Source of the DNA: an uncultured delta proteobacterium
Lineage (GTDB): Bacteria > Myxococcota_A > Polyangia > Haliangiales > Haliangiaceae
Length of the DNA stretch: 64,000 nucleotides
NCBI GenBank assembly: GCA_963743525.1
Contig: CAVUQH010000004.1
Span: forward strand, 544,001-608,000
Direction: 5' to 3'
In this document: positions 10,698 to 21,751 of the stretch, one piece after another
How positions within the stretch are numbered: the stretch's first letter is position 1
Layout: each line of letters begins with the position of its first letter
Position numbers and translations under genes: made by a program
The notes under the pieces: model-generated
What the model was told of the DNA's origin: nothing
Databases searched by the model: none
Seen by the model: only the letters and a program-made list of their open reading frames with translations

Positions 10698-11604
10698 TCA
10701 ACCTTGCATGGCCAAGATCTTGGCCTCTATGAACCGCTCGTGGTCTATGTGCAGCGCTTTGGAGATCTTGCGAATCTCCTCCAGCTCCTGGTGGATGATT
10801 TCTCCGTCGGCGGCGGCCACCTCGAATAGCAGGGTCAGTACCTGCATTCGCTCCTCCGGGGTCACCAGCTCGTCGAGCTCGCGGGCGAACGAGAAGTAGC
10901 CGATATCCGACAGCACCTCGCTTTCCACGATGTCGACGATGATGTCAACGTCGCGGTGCTGCAGGGTCGACATCGCGTCCAGGATCTCGGCGATCGTCGC
11001 CCGCTCGTCTGCATCGAACGATTGGTCGGCCCCGGCCACGTGTCCGAGCACGCCCGCGAGCGCGCAGACGTAGCGCAGCTCGCGCTCGGTGCCGGCGTCG
11101 AGCTCGGCGGTGCCGCCGTGGAGCAGCAACCGGCGCTTGACCTGATAGAGCACCCGGTTGCGGATGAACTCGTCGATGAGAATCGCTGCGGCGCATCGTC
11201 TCGGACGGCTGGGCGGAGCCCCTGCCCCACAGCCGCTTGAGCTGATGGACGAACACGCCAGCGGTGGTGGTCTCGGCCCGGGCGCTGTCGAGCATGTCGA
11301 GGAACAGTTTTTCGCCACCGTCGAGCTCGCCGTCGGCCAGCACCAGATCGCGTACCGCGGCGACCAGGGTCTCGCGCTCGCTGCGGCGGGCGCGGGCCAG
11401 GAAGTCGTCGACGATCGTCCGCGCTTCGTCCGGGCCGATCGGGTCGGCCAGGTACGGCTCCAGCCGGGTCATCTGCTCGGCGCCGAGGTCGAGCTCGCGA
11501 AAGTACGCCTTGAGGTTGTTCAGCTCGTGGTACGTGATCTCGCCGTCGGCCCACGCCGCGGCGATCAGCACGCGCAGGAAATCGAGCACCTTGTCGTCGG
11601 CCAT
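10698..11604 (-). pseudogene. Tandem TerB-family protein, frameshifted near 11185
   Basis: N half AAAWADGEI...LADGELDGGE and C half VAGADQSF...AAADGEIIHQE lie in different frames. Confidence 0.75.
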
Positions 11605-11682
11605 GTCGGGGCGGTCTTAACACGAGGCCGTCGCGCGAGCGCGCGATTTGTCGCTCCGGCCCAGGTGGTGGACAATCCCGCC

Positions 11683-12366
11683 GTGGCGACTGCGCTGGTC
11701 ATCGGCGGCTCCGACGGCATCGGCCTGGCGCTGACCCGCACCCTGGTTGCGGCCGGCTGGCGGGTCGGCGGCGTGTCGCGCAGCGACAGCCCGGTGCCCG
11801 AGGTCGAGCACGTCGTCGCCGACGTCCGCGCCACCGACTACGGTCAGCAACTGACAGCGCTGTGCGACCGCCTGAAGACGATCGACGCCTGCATCTACTG
11901 CGCCGGCGTCGGCCAGCCGCTGCAGCCGGACCAGCTGGCGATGGAGCGCGCCACCTTCGACGTCAACCTGATCGGTGCGGTGGCGACAGCCGAGGTGGTC
12001 CTGCCGCGGATGCTGGCCGCCGGCCACGGTCACTTCGTCGGCCTGTCGAGCCTGGCCAATCGCTTCATCAGCCGCGACGCCCCGGCGTACTCGGGCTCCA
12101 AGGCGGGGCTGTCGAGCTGGCTCGAGGGGCTGGCGCTGGCGTACCGGCCGCGGGGGGTGTACGTGACCAACGTGCGCTTCGGCTTCGTCGACACCAAGAT
12201 GGCCAGGTCGGAGGTCAAGCCGTTCGTGGTCAGCGCGGAACGCGCCGCCGCACGGGTGATGCGCTGCCTGCGCACGAGGCCGATCCGCTGCACCTATCCG
12301 CGGCGCATGGCGGCGCTGATGTGGCTGGTCGGTTGGGGCCCACGGCTGCGCGTGTGGTGGTCGTGA
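11683..12366 (+). CDS. Short-chain dehydrogenase/reductase
   Basis: IGGSDGIG, YSGSK catalytic motif, GFVDT. Confidence 0.9.
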   Translation: MATALVIGGSDGIGLALTRTLVAAGWRVGGVSRSDSPVPEVEHVVADVRATDYGQQLTALCDRLKTIDACIYCAGVGQPLQPDQLAMERATFDVNLIGAVATAEVVLPRMLAAGHGHFVGLSSLANRFISRDAPAYSGSKAGLSSWLEGLALAYRPRGVYVTNVRFGFVDTKMARSEVKPFVVSAERAAARVMRCLRTRPIRCTYPRRMAALMWLVGWGPRLRVWWS

Positions 12367-13667
12367 CCGACGTCGTGGTCGTCGGCGCCGGGTTGTCGGG
12401 GCTGATCTGCGCGCGCGGCCTGGTGCGACGCGGTGCCAGCGTCCGCGTCCTCGAAGCCCGCGACCGGGTCGGCGGACGCCTGCTCAGCGTGCCGCTGGGC
12501 GGTCGGCGGGTGGACCTCGGCGGTCAGTGGATGTCGGCCGGGCAGTCGCGCCTGGCCGCGCTGGCGGCAGAGCTGGGCGTCGACACCGTGCCCCAGTATC
12601 GCGACGGCCGCGCGGTGATCGCGCGCCCGGACGCGGTCGGTGGTCTGCGCGCTGCATGGGCCACGGTCGACGGCTGGTGGCGGACGCGCGCGCTGGAGCG
12701 GTTGATCGCCCGGGTGCGACCCGACGATCCGCTGGCGACGCCGAACGCGGCGTCGCTCGACCGCGAAACCGTAGCCGACTGGCTGGACCGACACGGCGGC
12801 AGCCAGCAGACCCGCGAAACCATCGAGCTGATCACCGAGCTGGAGTTCGCCGCGGCGCCCGACCAGCTGTCGCTGCTCTACTTCCTCGTCGCCATGGCCG
12901 GCCGCGGCGGCCTGGGTGGGCACGACACCCGCGAGCTGCGCTTTGCCGGCGGCGCACAAACGCTGGCCGAACGACTCGCCGGCGAGCTCGGCGATCGCGT
13001 GACGCTGAGCGCCGCGGTGCGCGCGATCGACCAGGACGACGGCGCCGTGATCGCCCGCGCGGGAGCGGCGTCGGTGCGCGCGCGGCGCTGCGTGCTGGCG
13101 CTGCCGCCCGCGCTGTGCGCCGAGATCGAGGTCGCCGGCATCACCGCCGAGCGCCGCGCAATCGACACCGGCATGCCGATGGGTCGGGTGATGAAATGCA
13201 TCGCCAGCTACCCGCGCGCGTTCTGGCGCGAGCGCGGGTTGTCGGGCGAGGCGTACCAGATCGGCGGGCGGCTGCGCGCCGTGGTCGACCTGTGCGACGC
13301 CGACGGCGGCCGGCCGGCGTTGCTGGCGTTCGCCGTCGGTCGCGCCGCCGCCGAGCTGGCCGCGCTGCCGGGCGATGACCGGCGCGCGGCGGTGGTCGCC
13401 GAGCTGGTCGCGATCTTCGGCGACGACGCCGCCGGCGCCGACCAGCTGTTGATCCACGACTGGGGGACGGATCCGTGGAGTCGCGGCTGCGTGGGCAATT
13501 TCCCGCCGGGGGTGCTCGGCGGCGCCGGCGGCGCCCTGAGCGCAGCCTGCGGGCGGATCCATTTCGCCGGCAGCGAAACCGCGGTCCGCTGGCCGCGCAC
13601 CATGGAAGGGGCGCTCGAGGCCGGAGAGCGGGCCGCGGCCGAGGTCGCCGCCGCGCTTTTCCCCTGA
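12363..13667 (+). CDS. Flavin monoamine oxidase family protein
   Basis: VVGAGLSGL, LEARDRVGGR, DLGGQW, HFAGSET...MEGALEAGERAA. Confidence 0.92.
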   Translation: MTDVVVVGAGLSGLICARGLVRRGASVRVLEARDRVGGRLLSVPLGGRRVDLGGQWMSAGQSRLAALAAELGVDTVPQYRDGRAVIARPDAVGGLRAAWATVDGWWRTRALERLIARVRPDDPLATPNAASLDRETVADWLDRHGGSQQTRETIELITELEFAAAPDQLSLLYFLVAMAGRGGLGGHDTRELRFAGGAQTLAERLAGELGDRVTLSAAVRAIDQDDGAVIARAGAASVRARRCVLALPPALCAEIEVAGITAERRAIDTGMPMGRVMKCIASYPRAFWRERGLSGEAYQIGGRLRAVVDLCDADGGRPALLAFAVGRAAAELAALPGDDRRAAVVAELVAIFGDDAAGADQLLIHDWGTDPWSRGCVGNFPPGVLGGAGGALSAACGRIHFAGSETAVRWPRTMEGALEAGERAAAEVAAALFP

Positions 13668-13698
13668 GCCGGCCCCGGGCGAATGGTAGGGTGCAGCC

Positions 13699-14310
13699 GT
13701 GTTCGTCTCGGTGCAGCGACTGATCGACTCCGTGCGACTGCGCGGACAGCCGCGCTCGCGCGTGAAAGAGGTCGTCCAGCTGCGCCGCGAGCTGCGCGCC
13801 CTGCCCCACCGCTCGCGACAGGTCAGCCGGATCGAGCTCGAGCGCGCCCACGAGCTGCGCGCGCTGCGCGCCGAGCTGTCGGGCATGCTGACCGAGGTCG
13901 AGTCGTGCAAGAGCTGCGCGCGCGGCTATCCCGAGCCACACGGCTTCTGGGACGGCGGCAACTGCTGCGGCGCCACCACCCGCGCGCTGTTCGACGAGAC
14001 CGAGCTGGCGACCCTACGCCTGGCGGGCACCACCGCCGGCGCGCTCGATCCGCCCGGCGGGCCCCACGCCGGCTGCGCCTTCCGCGGCGAGACCGGCTGC
14101 TCGCTCGACGCCGTCGACCGGCCCAACATCTGCGTCCGCTACGTCTGCCGCGACCTGGCCCGCGAGCTCCACACCCGCGGCCTGCTCGATCGCATCGACG
14201 AGCTGCGCGACGCGATCGGCGCCGCCTACAAGGCGTTCACCGAGGCGCGCGAGGCGCGGCTGCTCGACGAAGCCCTCGGCGTGCCCGACCTGATCCCCGA
14301 CCGCGGCTAG
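13699..14310 (+). CDS. Cys-cluster protein (YkgJ/CxxCxxCC-like)
   Basis: CKSC...CC...CAF...GCSL...RPNICVRYVC. Confidence 0.65.
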   Translation: MFVSVQRLIDSVRLRGQPRSRVKEVVQLRRELRALPHRSRQVSRIELERAHELRALRAELSGMLTEVESCKSCARGYPEPHGFWDGGNCCGATTRALFDETELATLRLAGTTAGALDPPGGPHAGCAFRGETGCSLDAVDRPNICVRYVCRDLARELHTRGLLDRIDELRDAIGAAYKAFTEAREARLLDEALGVPDLIPDRG

Positions 14311-14702
14311 CGACAGACCTGGCCGGGGCCGTCGGCGATGGTCGTGCACGACTGCCCGTCCGGACACGTCGCGCCGTCGGAGCAGCGCACCTCGCACGAG
14401 GTGAACTTGGGCCCCTTGGGACCGGCAATGCCGTAATACTCGACGCACGCCAGAGGCTCCGGACACGCACCATCGGTGCACGGCTTGCCCTGCGCCGCCG
14501 CCGCGTCCGCCGGCAGCGCGTTGCTCGTCGGCGCCGGACTGTCGGCCGAGCCGTCGTCGGTCGCCGGCGGCGTGGTCTGCGCCGGGGCCGGACGCGGGTC
14601 CGGAGTCGCGGTCGGTGCCGGCGTCGACACCGGCGCGCTGGAGCTCTCGTGGCAGGCACAGGCCGTGAGCACGACCGCAACGACGATGAGGGGGAACCGC
14701 AT
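14307..14702 (-). CDS. Small Cys-rich lipoprotein
   Basis: MRFPLIVVAVVLTAC, Pro/Ala linker, Cys-rich C-terminal domain. Confidence 0.7.
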   Translation of the reverse strand: MRFPLIVVAVVLTACACHESSSAPVSTPAPTATPDPRPAPAQTTPPATDDGSADSPAPTSNALPADAAAAQGKPCTDGACPEPLACVEYYGIAGPKGPKFTSCEVRCSDGATCPDGQSCTTIADGPGQVCR

Positions 14703-14759
14703 GCCCGCGACTGTGCCACAACCGGCGGTCCGAACGCGAACGTCGACTATCATTGAGAG

Positions 14760-15882
14760 GTGCGGCGTGCAGTGGCGCTCCTTGTCGTGGCCGCCTGCGG
14801 CGGCGGGCCGGCCATCGCGGTGGACGGGCAGCCGTGCGACGACGCCGGGGTTTGTCCGCAGGGACAGAGGTGCGAGCCCGACGGCATCTGCCGCCGGCAG
14901 CCGGCCACCGACTGGATCTCGTTCGACGACGGGGTCGCGTATCCGGTCGAATTGTCCGGGCCGGGCGTGGTGGCAGCCGGTGATGCCGACGGCGACGGTC
15001 TGGCCGATCTGGTCTTCTCGTACGGGCCGCACATTTCGATGTGGCCGGGCGACGGCACGGGGACTTTCGGCCCTCGCGTGGCCTGGTCGATCACGCCGCG
15101 CGACACCGTCAACCTGGCGGTCGCCGACATCGATGACGACGGGCACAGCGAGCTGTTGGTCGGCGTTCGCCGCGAGTTCGACGCCGCCGTGCTGATCTAC
15201 CGCGGCGGCGACACGATGACGCCCGACGCGCTGCTGTCGGATCGGCAGATCGATGACATCGACACTGCCGACGTCGACGGCGATGGCGAGGTCAACGTGC
15301 TGATGCACCACGCCGAGTCGATCGAGATCGACTTCGGCGGCGGCGCCCGCGCCGACGTGCCACTGCCGGGCGCCGGCAATGACGTCGGCATCGTCGTCGC
15401 CGACCTCGACGGTGACGGCCTGCGCGACATCGTCTGCGCCGGCCCGCCCGGACTGCTGTACCGGCTGCGGCAGACCAGCGCCCGCGCGTTCGCCGTCGAC
15501 ACCATCGACGCGCTCAACCCGGCAACCTCGGGACTGTTCGCCGGGGAGTTCGATGACGACGGCGCCGTCGACCTGGGCGTCGTCGGGCCCGATCGCTTTC
15601 GCATCCTCGGCTCGACTGTTCAGGCCGACACCTTCGGCGACCTGCGCGCACCGGCCGTGGCCGCCGACCTCAACGGCGACGGCCTGACCGACGTGACCAC
15701 CCTGTTCGACCACCGGACCGTCGGTGTGGTTGCGCGATCCGGCGCGGCCGGCGACGTTCCTCGGCGCCCCGCGTCTGGACGGGCTGGCCGGCAGCCTGGC
15801 CATCGACGACGTCAACGGCGACGGCCGCCCCGACATCGTCGCCGCGTCGAACGACGACGTCGTCGTCTACCTTCAGCGGTAA
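14760..15882 (+). pseudogene. FG-GAP/VCBS repeat lipoprotein, frameshift near 15715
   Basis: Repeated DxDGDGxxD motifs; last repeat IDDVNGDGRPDIVAAS...YLQR* is in another frame. Confidence 0.75.
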
Positions 15883-15931
15883 AGGGCGGCAACCGGGCCA
15901 CCACCCGGCGGCAAACGTGGTCGGATCGATC

Positions 15932-16810
15932 ATGGCGTCACGGGGGATCCTCATCGCGCTCCTGGCCTCGACCGCGGTCGCCACCGGATGCGCGACGCTC
16001 AACCGCAACGATCCGCGGTCGACGGCGGTCGAGCGGCGCAACCGGCCGGCGCACGCCGGCGGCCCGGCGCTGCGCGTGGTCACCTTCAACGTCCACGGCC
16101 AGACGGCCCGGGCCATCGCCCGCAGCCTGCGCCACGCCCCGGCCCTGCGCGGTGCCGACGTCGTCTTCCTGCAGGAGGTCGAAGAGCACGCCGGCGAAAC
16201 CCCGACCCGCCCGGCGGAGGTCGCTCGCGACCTGGGGATGAGCTACGCCTACGCTCCCGGCTACGGGCTGCCGGGCGGTGGCAGCCACGGCGTCGCCATC
16301 CTCAGCAAGCTGCCGCTCGAAGACGTCCGCGTCATCGAGCTGCCGCGCTTCCGCGTGGTCGTCAACTCCGCGCGCCGCGTGGCGATCGCCGCCACCGTGC
16401 GCGCCGGCAAACGCCGCTTGCGCCTGTACGCCGTGCACCTGGACAACCGCATCAGCCCGGCGCAGCGGACGCGACAGCTGGCGCCGGTGATCGCCGACGC
16501 CGATCGACACCGGCGCATCCCCGCCATCATCGCCGGGGACATGAACACCTCGCCTTTCGGTTGGGTCGGGCACCTGTTGCCGATTCCCGGCGGCCATCAG
16601 GCCCGCCGGCTCGAACGTTTCGTGCGCGCCGCGGGCTTCGCGACGCCGGTGACCGCGAGCGGTCCAACGAGCCAATGGCTCTCCATGCGCCTCGACGCCA
16701 TCTACGTGCGCGGGCTCGTGGTCACCGACTTCGACGTTGCCCGCGGCGTGCGCATCTCCGACCATCTGCCGCTGTGGGCCCAGCTTTCGCCTGCCGGCGG
16801 GCGGCGGTAG
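15932..16810 (+). CDS. Endonuclease/exonuclease/phosphatase family lipoprotein
   Basis: VVTFNVH, FLQEV, AVHL, AGDMN, LDAIY, SDHLPL. Confidence 0.9.
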   Translation: MASRGILIALLASTAVATGCATLNRNDPRSTAVERRNRPAHAGGPALRVVTFNVHGQTARAIARSLRHAPALRGADVVFLQEVEEHAGETPTRPAEVARDLGMSYAYAPGYGLPGGGSHGVAILSKLPLEDVRVIELPRFRVVVNSARRVAIAATVRAGKRRLRLYAVHLDNRISPAQRTRQLAPVIADADRHRRIPAIIAGDMNTSPFGWVGHLLPIPGGHQARRLERFVRAAGFATPVTASGPTSQWLSMRLDAIYVRGLVVTDFDVARGVRISDHLPLWAQLSPAGGRR

Positions 16811-16841
16811 ACAGCCGGTGCAATCGCGGTAAGGTCCGGCC

Positions 16842-17711
16842 ATGAAGACCCGTCGCATCGCAGATCTCGAAGTGAGCTGCATCGGCCTCGGCGGCATGCC
16901 GCTGTCGCTCGAGGGACGCCCCGACGACGACGACGGCGTGCGCGTGATCGCTGCCGCCATCGACGCCGGCATGACGCTGATCGACACCGCCGACGTCTAC
17001 TGCATCGACGACGACGACATCGGCCACAACGAACGGCTGATCGCGCGCGCCCTGCGCGAGCACGCCGCCGCCGGTCACGTCGTCGTCGCGACCAAAGGTG
17101 GGCTGCGCCGGCCCCGCGGCGCGTGGGTCACCGACGGCAGGCCCGAGCATCTGCGGCGCGCGTGCGAGGCCAGCCTGCGCGCCCTGGGCGTCGACGCCAT
17201 CGAGCTGTACCAGCTGCACGCGCCGGACGACGACGTGCCGTTCGCCGACAGCGTCGGTGCCCTGGCCGAGCTACAGCGCGAGGGCAAGATCAAACGAGTC
17301 GGCCTGTCCAACGTAAGCGTCGCCGAGATCGAGGAGGCGCGGGCGATCGTCGAGGTGGCCAGCGTGCAAAACCGCTGCAACCCGATGGACACCGCCGCTT
17401 TCGACGACGGTGTCGTCGCCCACTGCGCCGAGCAAGGCATCGCCTTCCTCGCCCACAGCCCGGTCGGCGGCCACCGCGGGCACGTGCGCGTCGACACCAA
17501 CCCGGTCCTCGGACAGGTCGGCGCGCGCCACGGCGCCAGCCCGTATCAGGTCTGCCTGGCGCTGCTACTCGATGTCGCCGGAGTGATGATCCCGATCCCG
17601 GGCGCCAGCAAGATCGCCAGCGCCCAGTCGAGTGCGGCGGCGGCCGCGCTGGAGCTCAACGCTGACGATCGCGCCGAGCTCGTGCGGGAGTTCCCGGCCG
17701 TCCGGAGGTAG
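16842..17711 (+). CDS. Aldo/keto reductase
   Basis: IGLGGM, IDTADVY, ATKGG, LYQLH, VGLSNV, IPIPG. Confidence 0.93.
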   Translation: MKTRRIADLEVSCIGLGGMPLSLEGRPDDDDGVRVIAAAIDAGMTLIDTADVYCIDDDDIGHNERLIARALREHAAAGHVVVATKGGLRRPRGAWVTDGRPEHLRRACEASLRALGVDAIELYQLHAPDDDVPFADSVGALAELQREGKIKRVGLSNVSVAEIEEARAIVEVASVQNRCNPMDTAAFDDGVVAHCAEQGIAFLAHSPVGGHRGHVRVDTNPVLGQVGARHGASPYQVCLALLLDVAGVMIPIPGASKIASAQSSAAAAALELNADDRAELVREFPAVRR

Positions 17712-18975
17712 CCGCGGAGCCATTGCGACGGCGGCCGCCGCGGCGACGGCCGGAGCCGGGACGAGACGCCCCGCCACCCTTCTTGGCGCCGGGGCGGCCG
17801 GGCTTGGAGCCCTGGCGCGACCCGCGCGACACCTTTTCGAGCTTGCCGAAGTCGGCGGCGAACGGGTGGTCCGAGATCGGCACCGACGCCTTGACCGTAT
17901 CCTCGATGGCGCGCAGGAAGCCGCGCTCCTCGTGGGCGCAGAACGACAGCGCGACGCCGCTGGCGCCCGCGCGGCCGGTGCGGCCGATGCGATGGACGTA
18001 GGTCTCCGGCTCGTTGGGCAGGTCGAAGTTGACGACGTGCGAAACCTCGTCGATGTCGAGGCCACGGGCCGCGATGTCGGAAGCGACGAGCACGCGGGTG
18101 TCGCCCTTCTTGAAGGCGGCCAGCGCGCGCTGGCGCTGTCCCTGCGACTTGCCGCCGTGGATGGCGGCGGCCACGACCTGGCGCTTGGTCAGCTTCTTGG
18201 CCACGCGATCGGCACCGTGCTTGGTGCGGGTGAAGACCAGCACGCGGCTGAAGGCGTCGTCGTCCAGGAGGTGGCGGAGCAACTCGACCTTGTTCTCGCG
18301 CGCGACCAGATAGACCTCTTGCGCCACGGTCTCGGCGGTGGTCGCCTGCGGCGTGATCGACACGCTGACCGGATCGCAGAGCAGGCCGTCGGCCAGCGCG
18401 CGGATCTCGCGCGGCATGGTCGCCGAGAAGAGCAGCGTCTGCCGCTTGTCGGGCACCTCGCGAACGATCCGGCGGATGTCGGGGAGGAAGCCCATGTCGA
18501 GCATCCGGTCGGCTTCGTCGAGCACCAGCACTTCGACCTGGCCCAGGCGAATGTAGCCCTGGCTGATCAGATCGAGCAGACGGCCGGGGGTGGCGACGAG
18601 GATGTCAACGCCGCGGCGAAGCGCGCTGACCTGACGGGCCTGGCTGACGCCGCCGAAGATGACCGTGCTGCGCAGGGGCAGGAACTGTCCGTAGGTGGTG
18701 AGGCTCTCGCCGATCTGCGCCGCGAGCTCGCGGGTGGGGGTGACCACCAGCGCGCGGATCGGGCCGCGGCCGGCCGGGTCTTCGGCCAGCTGCTGGAGGA
18801 TGGGAAGCGAGAAAGCGGCCGTCTTGCCGGTGCCGGTCTGGGCACAACCGAGGAGATCGCGGCCGGCCAGAGCCGGCGGAAGCGCGCGCTCCTGAATCGG
18901 CGTTGGCTCCGAATACCCCGCGCGGCCGAGGGCCCGCAGGATGGGCTCGGCCAGGCCGAGCTGAGTAAACTGCAT
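17656..18975 (-). CDS. rhlE: DEAD-box RNA helicase, RhlE-like
   Basis: [39 protein letters not shown]. Confidence 0.9.
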   Translation of the reverse strand: MQFTQLGLAEPILRALGRAGYSEPTPIQERALPPALAGRDLLGCAQTGTGKTAAFSLPILQQLAEDPAGRGPIRALVVTPTRELAAQIGESLTTYGQFLPLRSTVIFGGVSQARQVSALRRGVDILVATPGRLLDLISQGYIRLGQVEVLVLDEADRMLDMGFLPDIRRIVREVPDKRQTLLFSATMPREIRALADGLLCDPVSVSITPQATTAETVAQEVYLVARENKVELLRHLLDDDAFSRVLVFTRTKHGADRVAKKLTKRQVVAAAIHGGKSQGQRQRALAAFKKGDTRVLVASDIAARGLDIDEVSHVVNFDLPNEPETYVHRIGRTGRAGASGVALSFCAHEERGFLRAIEDTVKASVPISDHPFAADFGKLEKVSRGSRQGSKPGRPGAKKGGGASRPGSGRRRGGRRRNGSAATSGRPGTPARARRDRQR

Positions 18976-19094
18976 GATTTCCGTACTGTTTCGTGCCGCG
19001 GGGCCCTGCCCTACAGGATGGTCGGAGCAAGGCCGCTCCACGGCGAAGGTAGGCCTGAATAGCACCGCAACGGCCGCCAAACAAGCAAAACCAT

Positions 19095-19730
19095 TCAGTG
19101 GGGCAGCGCTGCGGCCATCTCGTGCGCCCAGCGGCGGACGTCGTCGCGCACCGGCTGGTCGGCATAATAGAGGTAGCACTCCTCACTGCGACCGCGGATC
19201 ACGCGCAGCCCGTAGAGGTGCGCATCGTGGGCGGTCACCACCGTGCAGGCGTCTTCCTCACCGTCGTGCTCGTAGAACAGGTGCACCCAGTCGTGCCGCT
19301 TGTTGAACACGTAGGCCGCAGCGGTGTTGGAGAACATCGCGGTCAGGCGCCAGCCGCGGCGCTCCGTGCGCAACACCGGCAGCCACGCGCGACCGCTGCG
19401 GTTGAAGCGCCGGGGCGCGATCCGCGGCAGGTTGCCGTCGGCGGCCAGCTGCCGGTACTCGCGGTCGACCTCGAGCAGCAGCTCGACGTCCGGTCGCGGC
19501 CACATCGGGTGGGCGCGCGGCGGCGGTCCCAGGCGGCGATCGAGCTCGGCGGCGACGGTCCCGATGCGGCCCTCACCGAACCCCGGGACCGCCTCGAGCC
19601 GGCCGTCGTAGCAGGCCAGCTCGAGATCTTCCAGGGAGCAGATCCCGGCTTCGAGGGCCCGTTGCGACAGTTTCGCGCCGATCCCGGGCAGGCCGGCAAT
19701 CTGTTCGCGAACCATCTCGGTGTCGGGCAT
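19095..19730 (-). CDS. Helix-hairpin-helix (PolX-like HhH) protein with uncharacterised C-terminal domain
   Basis: LPGIGAK and VPGFGEGR HhH motifs; C-terminal LPVLRT...FSNT...DWV...CTVVT...VIRGR. Confidence 0.75.
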   Translation of the reverse strand: MPDTEMVREQIAGLPGIGAKLSQRALEAGICSLEDLELACYDGRLEAVPGFGEGRIGTVAAELDRRLGPPPRAHPMWPRPDVELLLEVDREYRQLAADGNLPRIAPRRFNRSGRAWLPVLRTERRGWRLTAMFSNTAAAYVFNKRHDWVHLFYEHDGEEDACTVVTAHDAHLYGLRVIRGRSEECYLYYADQPVRDDVRRWAHEMAAALPH

Positions 19731-19870
19731 CGTCGATCTTCAACCATGCATCTTCGATACCGGCGGGCTCGCAGCCGTCCCCGGCAAGTCGACCTGCCAC
19801 CCTGGAGGATCGCCAGGGGGCAGAAATTCAGTCCCGCGAGCTCTAGAGGTGCCACCGCCGTGGCGGCGAG

Positions 19871-21751
19871 TCAGCGCCCCTTGGGGACGGTCCGCAGCGC
19901 GAAGAGCGGCGACTCGGCATCGTCGTCGCCGTCGCCGGCCGGCGCGGCCGCGCCCAGCGCGCGCTCCGCACCCTCCTGCTCGCGCAGCAGCGCCGCGTAG
20001 TGGCCGTCCCGCGCGACCAGCTGGTCGTGGGTGCCTCGCTCGACGATCCGGCCGCCGTCGAGGACGACGATCAGGTCCGCGGTGCGGATCGTCGACAGCC
20101 GGTGGGCGATGACCAGGCTGGTCCGGTTGGCGAGAAGCGGCTCGAGCGCGGCCTGAATCAGCGCCTCGTTGTGGCTGTCGAGGGCGCTGGTCGCCTCGTC
20201 GAGGATCAGGACGCGCGGGTTGCGCAGCAGCGCCCGCGCGATGGCCAGGCGCTGGCGCTCGCCGCCGGACAGCCGGTAGCCGCGGTCGCCGACGATCGTG
20301 TCGTAGCCATCGGGCAGCGCCGCGACGACATCGTGGATCTGGGCCGCCTGCGCGGCGGCCTCGACCTGCGCGTCGGTGGCGTCGGGGCAGGCGTAGCGGA
20401 TGTTGTCGCGGATCGACGTGTGGAACAGGTAGGTTTCCTGGGTGACGACCGCGATGTGACGGCGCAGCGAGTCCAGCGTCACCGCGCGCAGGTCGCGGCC
20501 GTCGATCGTCACCCGGCCAGAGGTCGGATCGTGGAGGCGCGACACCAGCGCGGCCAGCGTGGTCTTGCCGGCACCCGATCGCCCGACCAGCGCGACGCAG
20601 GCCCCGGCCGGGACGTCGAGGTCGACGTCGACCAGGATCGGCTCGCCGTCGTCGTAGGCGAACCCGACGTGGTCGAAGCGCAGGCCGCCAGCGGGCCGCT
20701 CGAGCTCGGTCGCGTCGGGCCCGTCCTGGATCGCGGGCTCGAGGTCGAGGACCGTGAAGACGCGATCGAAGTAGGCGTACGACGTCACGACGTCGACGTG
20801 GACCGAGGCCAGCGCCCCCGCCGGGGTGTACAGCCGCTTGAGCAGGGCGACGAACGCGATCACGGTGCCGACCGCGAGCCTGCCGTCGATGACCAGCAGG
20901 CCACCGGCGCCGTAGACCAGGGCGGGGCCGACGTCCTGGAACAGCTTCATCATCATCTGGAACCAGCGACCGACCAGGCTGTGGCGCAGCGACACCTCCA
21001 TCAGCGCCCGCGCGCGGCGCTCGAGCCGGGCCGCCTCGTGCTCCTCGGTTCCCGAAACCTTGAGCAACAGCGCGCCTGACACCGACAGGGTCTCGAGCAG
21101 GACGCCGGTGACCTCGGCCAGCGCGCGCTGGGCGCCGCGCTTGAGCGCCTTGCGCTTGCGACCGACACGACGGGTCGGAAGGACGAACGCCGGCAGCAGC
21201 CCGAGCGCGACCAGCGACAGCCGCCAGTCGAGCCACACGATCGCGACGATCGCTGTCGATAGGACCGCCGTGTTCTGGATCGCCTTGACCAGGTTGTCCC
21301 GCAGCATCTGGCCGACGCCCTGGACGTCGTTGAGCACCCGAGACACGACCTCACCAGGCTTGGCCCGAGTGAAGTAGGTGAGCGACTGCTTCTGCACGTG
21401 GCGGAACAGCTGCAGACGCAGGTCGTACATGACGTGCTCGGCGATCGAGGCGGCGAGGTAGCGCTGAACGACGCCGAGCAGACCGGCGAGCAGGGGTCCG
21501 GCGATCATGCCGCCGCACAGCAGCAGCAGCTCGCTGCGGCGGTGCAGCGGCAAGGCGTGGTCGACGATCCGCTTGATGCACAGGGCCGGCACCAGGCCGA
21601 ACAGCGCGCCGACCAGGATCGACACCACGACCAGCATCGCCGACCGGCGGTAGGGACGCAGGTACGACAGGATCCGGCGCAGCGTCGCCCGCTGGACCTC
21701 GGGCAGGTCCGACGGGTCGATGTGCGATCGGCGCGTGGTGGTCAGGCTCAC
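19871..21751 (-). CDS. ABC exporter, fused permease and ATPase
   Basis: TM domain, GRSGAGKTT, LSGGERQR, ILDEATS, IAHRL; GTGA overlap with upstream gene. Confidence 0.93.
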   Translation of the reverse strand: MSLTTTRRSHIDPSDLPEVQRATLRRILSYLRPYRRSAMLVVVSILVGALFGLVPALCIKRIVDHALPLHRRSELLLLCGGMIAGPLLAGLLGVVQRYLAASIAEHVMYDLRLQLFRHVQKQSLTYFTRAKPGEVVSRVLNDVQGVGQMLRDNLVKAIQNTAVLSTAIVAIVWLDWRLSLVALGLLPAFVLPTRRVGRKRKALKRGAQRALAEVTGVLLETLSVSGALLLKVSGTEEHEAARLERRARALMEVSLRHSLVGRWFQMMMKLFQDVGPALVYGAGGLLVIDGRLAVGTVIAFVALLKRLYTPAGALASVHVDVVTSYAYFDRVFTVLDLEPAIQDGPDATELERPAGGLRFDHVGFAYDDGEPILVDVDLDVPAGACVALVGRSGAGKTTLAALVSRLHDPTSGRVTIDGRDLRAVTLDSLRRHIAVVTQETYLFHTSIRDNIRYACPDATDAQVEAAAQAAQIHDVVAALPDGYDTIVGDRGYRLSGGERQRLAIARALLRNPRVLILDEATSALDSHNEALIQAALEPLLANRTSLVIAHRLSTIRTADLIVVLDGGRIVERGTHDQLVARDGHYAALLREQEGAERALGAAAPAGDGDDDAESPLFALRTVPKGR

